Source of the DNA: an uncultured Prochlorococcus sp.
GTDB lineage: Bacteria; Cyanobacteriota; Cyanobacteriia; PCC-6307; Cyanobiaceae
Assembly: GCA_902587615.1 (NCBI GenBank)
Contig: CACILY010000002.1
Location: 1,759 to 65,758 of the forward strand
Direction of reading: 5' to 3'
Length of the DNA: 64,000 bases
A program made the translations under genes and the position numbers. Shown in pieces: positions 57,775 to 64,000 of this stretch. The notes beneath the pieces were generated by a model that was not told the origin of the DNA, ran no database searches, and worked only from the letters and a program-made list of their open reading frames with translations. Position 1 is the first letter of the stretch; each line of letters starts with the position of its first letter.

Positions 57775-59382
57775 TTAATGTTTAAATTGAGACCAATCTT
57801 TTGCTTGAATTAAAGGGAATAAACAATCTTCTTTTTCTAAATAGTTTAAATTAGGATCATGTAAGTCTTTTTCTCTATCTACGGCTTCTATTAAGTCCCA
57901 GAATCTATTTAAGTGTCGGTGTATTCTTTCTTTTGCTAAATCTGTCGTAGTTCCTGCTCTAAGTATGAAACTCCAATCTGAAGATTGAGATAAAAGTAAC
58001 TCTCTTCCCGCTTGCTCTAGAAGTCTTATGTCCGACTCTCTAGATACTCCACGGGTACATCTTTTAATCATTGCCGCTGAGGCTTTATTCCATTCTGGAA
58101 CAATCCATGCATTCGTTTCGTTTAGCCAATAATTGTGAAACCCTCCTTGTCCCCAGCTAGATGGAGATGGTTCACATAGTTGAATACTAGGCCTTTTGGC
58201 TAGTTGGTCTCTAAGACGAGTGAATTCTATCTGTTCCTTCTTGGATTGAGCAAAAATTTCCGCAAGGAACATAGGTCCCTCAAACCACCAGTGACCGAAA
58301 AGTTCTGCATCAAAAGGCGCTACTAATAAAGGATCAATATCAATATTTTTAGATAGAATTTGAAGTTGCTTTTTTCTTCCTTGAAGGTAATCTTTCGCAT
58401 GTTCTTTTACTTTGGCTAGAGCTAATTCAGGCTGATAATTAACTTTTTCGCTCAATTCAGTTTTTTGTGATGTTACTTTATAGAGTTTTATTCCTAATGG
58501 TCTATGTTCTTTAAATCCAAATTTTTTTAGATCCTCTATAGGAATATCCCACCCAAGATCTCGATGGAATTCACGATATTCAGAATCACCTGGATAACCT
58601 TCTTTTGCTGACCATACTGGAAGTGTTGAATTACTATCTCTTCCGAAAAAAGCAACACCCTTTTTACTGCAAATTGGAGCATAAAGTCCATATCTAGGCC
58701 TTGGCTTGGCATGTAATAATCCATGACCATCTAAAACTGCATATCTAAGACCAGCTCTAGATATTAATAAATCAAGTCCTTCATAATATGCACATTCTGG
58801 AAGCCATATTCCTAATGGCTTAGTGCCAAATATTCTCTGATGCTCTCTAACTGCTGTATTGAGTTGACCTCTTACTGCTTCAGGATTCTCTCTTAAAAGA
58901 GGAAGATAACCATGGGTAGCTGCACAAGTAAGCAAATCAACTACTTGAGTATTTTGTAGAGATGAGAAGCGTTTTATTAAGTCTCCATTACAGTTATTCC
59001 AGTCGTTTAATTGTTTCTCAATATTATTAGCAAGGTAATACCCCGCAGCATTGAAGCAAGCAGGTGTACTAGATAAGAGCTCAAGTCTTTTTTTTATCCA
59101 TGAAGGAAAACGTTTCTTTAACTCCCTATCCTCCATTAATGAGAGAAGAGTTGGTGACAGACTTATGGTGATTTTAGGGTTTTGGCCTTCACAAGCAGCA
59201 GACTTTTCAAGCGTTTGCAAGAGTGGTAAATAACACTCCATTAAAGCTTGGAAGAACCAGTCTTCCTCTAAGGAGCCTGGTTTAGCAGACCTTACATATG
59301 GAAGATGTGCGTGAAGAACTAGTGCTAGTTTCCCTTTTGCCAACTTTTGAGCATAAGTTGATTTAGAATGCTTATTAAGCAA
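57775..59382 (-). CDS. glycoside hydrolase family 57 (branching-enzyme-like)
   Basis: HAHLPYV, ATHGYLP, GIWLPECAY, PFDAELFGHWWFEG, QSSDWSF. Confidence 0.93.
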   Translation of the reverse strand: MLNKHSKSTYAQKLAKGKLALVLHAHLPYVRSAKPGSLEEDWFFQALMECYLPLLQTLEKSAACEGQNPKITISLSPTLLSLMEDRELKKRFPSWIKKRLELLSSTPACFNAAGYYLANNIEKQLNDWNNCNGDLIKRFSSLQNTQVVDLLTCAATHGYLPLLRENPEAVRGQLNTAVREHQRIFGTKPLGIWLPECAYYEGLDLLISRAGLRYAVLDGHGLLHAKPRPRYGLYAPICSKKGVAFFGRDSNSTLPVWSAKEGYPGDSEYREFHRDLGWDIPIEDLKKFGFKEHRPLGIKLYKVTSQKTELSEKVNYQPELALAKVKEHAKDYLQGRKKQLQILSKNIDIDPLLVAPFDAELFGHWWFEGPMFLAEIFAQSKKEQIEFTRLRDQLAKRPSIQLCEPSPSSWGQGGFHNYWLNETNAWIVPEWNKASAAMIKRCTRGVSRESDIRLLEQAGRELLLSQSSDWSFILRAGTTTDLAKERIHRHLNRFWDLIEAVDREKDLHDPNLNYLEKEDCLFPLIQAKDWSQFKH

Positions 59383-59663
59383 ATAAACCCTACTACTATC
59401 CTTTCCATAAGTAGTTTTTTATAAATAAAAAATTCACTAGAGTAATTATTTGCATATAAAGAGGTTAATTTATTTACAATTAACTTCTAATCTTAATTAG
59501 AAGCTTAATTTATTATGCTAAATGCTCTCTTTGAAGATTTTGATTTTTAAAAATTAAGCATTTATCATTTTTTTTATACATTCTTGTTATTCGTTACTAG
59601 AAAATCCTTTAGAATAATCTTATTCATAGTCATTTTTGACTAATAATTTGTAGGAATGAATTC

Positions 59664-61286
59664 ATGGCCAAGGACCCGGGCCGCGTACTGATCTTTGATA
59701 CAACCCTCAGAGATGGAGAGCAATCTCCAGGTGCAAGTCTTAATTTGGAGGAAAAACTTGCCATTGCTCAACAGTTAGCAAGATTGGGTGTTGATGTTAT
59801 AGAAGCTGGGTTTCCTTTCGCAAGTCAAGGAGATTTTGCGGCTGTTCAAAGAATCGCTGAACAGGTTGGAGGAGATGATGGCCCAATTATTTGTGGGTTA
59901 TCTCGTGCTTCTAAAGCGGATATAAAAGCTTGTGCTGAGGCTGTTGATCCTGCTCCAAAAAAGAGAATTCATACTTTTATTGCCACAAGTGATATTCATC
60001 TTGACCATAAGCTTAGAAAATCTCGTTCAGAAGTTCTTGAAATTGTCCCTGAAATGGTTCAATATGCTCGATCTTTAGTAGATGATGTTGAGTTTTCGTG
60101 CGAAGATGCAGCCAGAAGTGATCCGGAGTTTCTTTATCAAGTAATCGAATTAGCTATCACTGCAGGTGCTTCTACTATTAATATTCCAGATACAGTTGGT
60201 TATACCACCCCTTCTGAATTTGGATCCTTAATTGAAGGGATTAATAAGAATGTTTCGAATATTGATGATGCGATTCTTTCAGTTCATGGTCATAATGATT
60301 TAGGACTTGCTGTAGCTAACTTTCTTGAAGCAGTTAAAAAAGGTGCTAGACAACTTGAGTGTACTATTAATGGAATAGGAGAACGAGCTGGCAATGCAGC
60401 GCTTGAAGAACTAGTGATGGCCTTACATGTTAGACGTACTTATTTTAATTCATTTTTTGGAAGAGATGAAAGCTGCCCAACTCCACTTACTGCAATTAGG
60501 ACAGAAGAAATAACAAAAACTTCCAGGTTGGTTTCAAATTTGACAGGTATGGTTGTTCAGCCAAATAAAGCGATAGTAGGCGCAAATGCTTTTTCACATG
60601 AATCCGGTATTCACCAAGATGGTGTATTGAAAAATAGGCTTACTTATGAAATCGTAGATGCCCGTACTATTGGTTTAAGTGATAATAAAATTTCATTAGG
60701 TAAATTGAGTGGAAGAAGTGCAGTAAGAGCTCGGCTAGAGGAACTTGGTTATGATTTAAATAGAGAAGATCTTAATGAAGCTTTTGCTCGTTTTAAAGAT
60801 TTAGCTGATCGCAAAAGAGAGATTACTGATAGAGATTTAGAAGCAATAGTTAGTGAACAAGTTCAACTTCCTGACGCACTTTTTCAACTTCGATTGGTTC
60901 AAGTTAGTTGTGGGACTACTTTAAAACCTACAGCAACAGTGACGGTTGTTGATCAAGATGGATTGGAGCAAACTTCTGTTGCTTTAGGAACTGGGCCAGT
61001 AGATGCGGTTGTAAGAGCCCTGAATTCTCTTATTGAAGCACCTAATGAATTGATTGAGTTCTCTGTTAAATCAGTTACTGAAGGTATTGATGCTCTTGGT
61101 GACGTAACAATAAGACTTAGGCACGAAAATAAACTTTATTCAGGACACTCTGCAGATACAGATGTAGTAGTGGCTGCTGCTCAGGCTTATATGAACGCTC
61201 TTAATAGATTGATTTCTGTCGAAGGAACATCCAGGATTCATCCTCAAAAGGATACTGTTGTTTCAAAATTAAAACCAGTGATCTAG
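59664..61286 (+). CDS. leuA: 2-isopropylmalate synthase
   Basis: [37 protein letters not shown], regulatory GPVDA domain. Confidence 0.97.
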   Translation: MAKDPGRVLIFDTTLRDGEQSPGASLNLEEKLAIAQQLARLGVDVIEAGFPFASQGDFAAVQRIAEQVGGDDGPIICGLSRASKADIKACAEAVDPAPKKRIHTFIATSDIHLDHKLRKSRSEVLEIVPEMVQYARSLVDDVEFSCEDAARSDPEFLYQVIELAITAGASTINIPDTVGYTTPSEFGSLIEGINKNVSNIDDAILSVHGHNDLGLAVANFLEAVKKGARQLECTINGIGERAGNAALEELVMALHVRRTYFNSFFGRDESCPTPLTAIRTEEITKTSRLVSNLTGMVVQPNKAIVGANAFSHESGIHQDGVLKNRLTYEIVDARTIGLSDNKISLGKLSGRSAVRARLEELGYDLNREDLNEAFARFKDLADRKREITDRDLEAIVSEQVQLPDALFQLRLVQVSCGTTLKPTATVTVVDQDGLEQTSVALGTGPVDAVVRALNSLIEAPNELIEFSVKSVTEGIDALGDVTIRLRHENKLYSGHSADTDVVVAAAQAYMNALNRLISVEGTSRIHPQKDTVVSKLKPVI

Positions 61287-61375
61287 TAAGTTTTACTCGT
61301 TATGGGAGAAACTCCTTTCTAAATAGACATTATCGATATACTATTGGTATTGACAATTAGATAACTGGAACATAG

Positions 61376-61609
61376 ATGACTCTTGGAAAAAGTATTTATA
61401 GGCTTATTGGTCTTGATGGCAGGCCGCATAAAGTTTTAGATGCTCCGTACGAATCAATTGAGGCAGCTATTAATGCAGCAAATAATTGGAGTGATGGCCA
61501 AGGACTTCAAAGTTCGTTAAGTGATAGAGCTATAGGAGTTGAAGTAATGACGACAAATGGTTCATGGAGGACAGTTAGATATCCAAATAAAATTGTTCAT
61601 AAGGTTTAA
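61376..61609 (+). CDS. hypothetical protein
   Basis: YRLIGLDGRPH.VLDAPYES...IGVEV..NGSWRT. Confidence 0.75.
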   Translation: MTLGKSIYRLIGLDGRPHKVLDAPYESIEAAINAANNWSDGQGLQSSLSDRAIGVEVMTTNGSWRTVRYPNKIVHKV

Positions 61610-61627
61610 AATTCTTTCTGATTTCAA

Positions 61628-61963
61628 ATGTGGGTAAGTGTTGATTTCTGTGCCATACCTTTAGGAGCAGGAATATCTTTGTCTCCTTTCATCGCTGCTT
61701 GTCAGAAAATTATTGGTAAAACAGGTCTTGATTATCAATTAGGACCTAATGGAACTTCTATTGAAGGAGAATGGAATGATGTTTTTAATTGTATTAGGTC
61801 CTGCCATGAAGAAATTCATCGACTTGGACCAACTCGAATTTATACAACACTTAAGGTGAATACTCGTACTGATCGGAAACAATCATTTCACGAAAAAGTG
61901 CCTAGTGTATTGTCTTCCTTGGACTGTGATTCTTCCCCTGATACAGATAAACAGAACAATTAA
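61628..61963 (+). CDS. MTH1187 family thiamine-binding protein
   Basis: VDFC.IPLG, GPNGTSIEGEW, CHE, RTDR. Confidence 0.88.
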   Translation: MWVSVDFCAIPLGAGISLSPFIAACQKIIGKTGLDYQLGPNGTSIEGEWNDVFNCIRSCHEEIHRLGPTRIYTTLKVNTRTDRKQSFHEKVPSVLSSLDCDSSPDTDKQNN

Positions 61964-62023
61964 ACATAAATTATTTTAAAATCTCTCAATCCTTACAACT
62001 TCTCTTATCATTATTTCAAGAAC

Positions 62024-62446
62024 TTGCTTAAGTTAGGACAAGAAAGGATTTTTTCGATGCGGAAGGATTTAAATGGATACTGGACATTTGCCTGGACTGG
62101 CTTGCTTGCAAATATTGCAGCAATTCCTTTTATTGCTTTAGTGGTTAGTTCAGGACCGCCTTTACAGTGGGCAAATCTTTGGGTTGCAGTCTTTCTTGCA
62201 TGGCCTGCAGCCATTGTGGGAATAGTTGCTGCATCAGGTCTTTTTGCAGAAAGAAGATGGGGAGTAATTATGTCAATTATTGCCTTGTCTATGGCTGTCT
62301 CAGGAACATTACCTTATGGTATTTTTCGGTTAATTGATGAAGGAGATCTCTTCGGATTAAGTGGTTTGTCTTTATTAATCGCTTTCCTAAATTTAATTGC
62401 TTTGATTTATTGGTGTAGACCAATACATAGAAAAGTACGCCTTTAA
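62024..62446 (+). CDS. four-TM hypothetical membrane protein
   Basis: Hydrophobic ORF; start may be ATG at about 62057. Confidence 0.75.
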   Translation: MLKLGQERIFSMRKDLNGYWTFAWTGLLANIAAIPFIALVVSSGPPLQWANLWVAVFLAWPAAIVGIVAASGLFAERRWGVIMSIIALSMAVSGTLPYGIFRLIDEGDLFGLSGLSLLIAFLNLIALIYWCRPIHRKVRL

Positions 62447-62476
62447 CTTAATTAAGCTCTTATTATTTAGCGAACG

Positions 62477-62540
62477 AATAAATAAATAAATAAATTAATT
62501 TATTAATTTATTAATTTATTTATTTATTTATTTATTTATT
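62477..62540. repeat. AT microsatellite forming an inverted repeat
   Basis: (AATA)n...(ATTAATTT)n...(TATT)n between convergent genes. Confidence 0.85.
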
Positions 62541-63998
62541 ACTGATTGGATACTGTAATCTTCTATGTCTCATTCTTCTCCATACACGTACAAAGGAACG
62601 AATTACTAGTTCAATTTCCGCTCTTGATAAGCTGCTCTCTTTAAGTTGACCATCTCTTTGCCTTGATTCAACGATTTTACGGACTGTTGAAGAAGCCTCT
62701 TTATCTGTAGTCGTTATTTCTAAAGCTCTTAAAGCTGCTTCACATCCATCTGCCAGCATCAAAATAGCAGTTTCTTTTGATTGAGGAATTGGTCCTTTGT
62801 ATCTGAAACTTTCTTCAGAAATAGAAGAATCCTGTTTTCGCGCTTGGTGCAAGAAGTATCCCATTTTAAGAGTACCTTGATGCTCGGGAATGAAGTCTGC
62901 TATTGCACTTGGGATCCTATGGCGACGGGCAAGTTTTATCCCTTCATCAACATGTGCTTGTAAGACTTTTGCACTTGTAAATGGATTTTTAATTTTATCG
63001 TGAGGATTATTTCCATCTTCTTGATTCTCTATAAACCATTCTGGGGCATGCAGTTTACCTACGTCATGATAAAGAGCCCCTGTTCTAATTAGATCAACAT
63101 CTACACCAATACTCCTTGCACCTTCTTCTGCTAATCCACATATCATCAATGTATGTTCAAAGGTACCAGGAGCCTCTCTTGAAAGACGTCGTAATAAAGG
63201 TCTTTCTTGATCAGCTAATTCCATTAACCTAGCTTTAGTTAAGAATCCGAATGTATTTTCTATTATTGGAAGTAAAAGAATAGTAAACATCAACATCGTT
63301 CCAATAACTAAAGCTTCTGAGAGAATACTTTCTGGATTTGGAGACAAATTACGCAATAAATCTTTTGAGTAGATTTTGTTTACGAGAAACCATTCTCCAC
63401 TAAGGGATATAAAAGGTAGAAGAACTGCTATCTGAAGTAGTTGAGCCCTACTTCTCATTCGGCCACCTAAAAAGGCGACTAATCCCGCTGCGATTGACGC
63501 TACAATTAGACGTCCTTCTCCTAATCCATTTACAGGGACTGGCCAACTAAGACTTCCTATAGCAATCCAGGCCAGTGCTGTATTCGTACCAATTCCTTGA
63601 GAAAGGACAAGGGCTGGGGGGACTAATATTGCTAACGGACTAATTGCAGAACCAAACCAGATTTTGCTTATTTGAAGAATTAGCAATAGACCTAAGGCAA
63701 GTAATGCTTGCCTAATACTTAAACGAGGCCTCTCTCTTCTCATAACTAACAGCAATATTCCTGTGCTAGCTAGTGATTCAATAAATTTGGAGAACCATTC
63801 AATGGGCCTAGGACTTCTATTAATTAAAGAAAAGTGTGCAAGTATGTCGTATTTCTTTTCTGTTATTCTCTCACCTTTTTTAATTATTATATCCCCTGGT
63901 TTAACTATTGCATGTTTAGGAATACCTTGTTTAGTTATTTGCTCCTCAAAAAGCTTCTGACTCCTAGCCGGATCATGCCTAAGATTACTATTTCGATG
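62532..63998 (-). CDS. 7TM-HD family phosphohydrolase (PgpH-like), 5' end outside window
   Basis: APGTFEH, LYHDVGK, FIENQ, HQGT, FRYKGP.PQSKE, MLADGCEAA; frame stays open from 63755 to the window edge (HRNSNLRHDPARSQ...). Confidence 0.92.
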   Translation of the reverse strand, partial: HRNSNLRHDPARSQKLFEEQITKQGIPKHAIVKPGDIIIKKGERITEKKYDILAHFSLINRSPRPIEWFSKFIESLASTGILLLVMRRERPRLSIRQALLALGLLLILQISKIWFGSAISPLAILVPPALVLSQGIGTNTALAWIAIGSLSWPVPVNGLGEGRLIVASIAAGLVAFLGGRMRSRAQLLQIAVLLPFISLSGEWFLVNKIYSKDLLRNLSPNPESILSEALVIGTMLMFTILLLPIIENTFGFLTKARLMELADQERPLLRRLSREAPGTFEHTLMICGLAEEGARSIGVDVDLIRTGALYHDVGKLHAPEWFIENQEDGNNPHDKIKNPFTSAKVLQAHVDEGIKLARRHRIPSAIADFIPEHQGTLKMGYFLHQARKQDSSISEESFRYKGPIPQSKETAILMLADGCEAALRALEITTTDKEASSTVRKIVESRQRDGQLKESSLSRAEIELVIRSFVRVWRRMRHRRLQYPISNK

Positions 63999-64000
63999 AA

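Noticed and set aside
36301-63960. Numerous short ORFs antisense to or nested in core genes (e.g. 41823, 44888, 47133, 48452, 52655, 54119, 57560, 58536, 62011, 63763)
   Set aside because: Overlap conserved genes and have shadow-like composition

Overview
AT-rich marine picocyanobacterial chromosome segment, almost certainly Prochlorococcus. Three tandem pcb antenna genes and the gyrA-crtL-GH57-leuA and trxA-Yfr1-guaB synteny point to it; a low-light lineage is inferred from the pcb multiplicity. About 1-37 kb is island-like accessory DNA: pepN, a thiol-peroxidase mini-cluster, an ABC-F ATPase, tRNA-Gly(CCC), two epimerase+glycosyltransferase(-like) modules, two hli genes, a Nif11-domain peptide, many very small membrane-protein ORFs and the pcb triplet. 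About 37-64 kb is core genome (dpp, hom, sufE, ruvC, chlI, cytM, petG, rsmD, hisH, trxA, Yfr1, guaB, gyrA, crtL, leuA, truncated 7TM-HD gene). Features missing from the ORF track were read by hand: petG, a 35-aa hli, Yfr1, the tRNA, a peptidase E tail and several small ORFs. The most notable observation is a convergent pair of paralogous micro-membrane proteins (GGFN...QF.YY...DP motif) attached to the pcb cluster. Also notable are a 22-bp motif shared by two of three pcb promoters, gene-conversion-like patches among the pcb genes, an orphan structured and terminated non-coding stretch upstream of gpx, and long loopless AT palindromes. No integrase, transposase or CRISPR array was seen. All family assignments are from motif recognition, not database searches.
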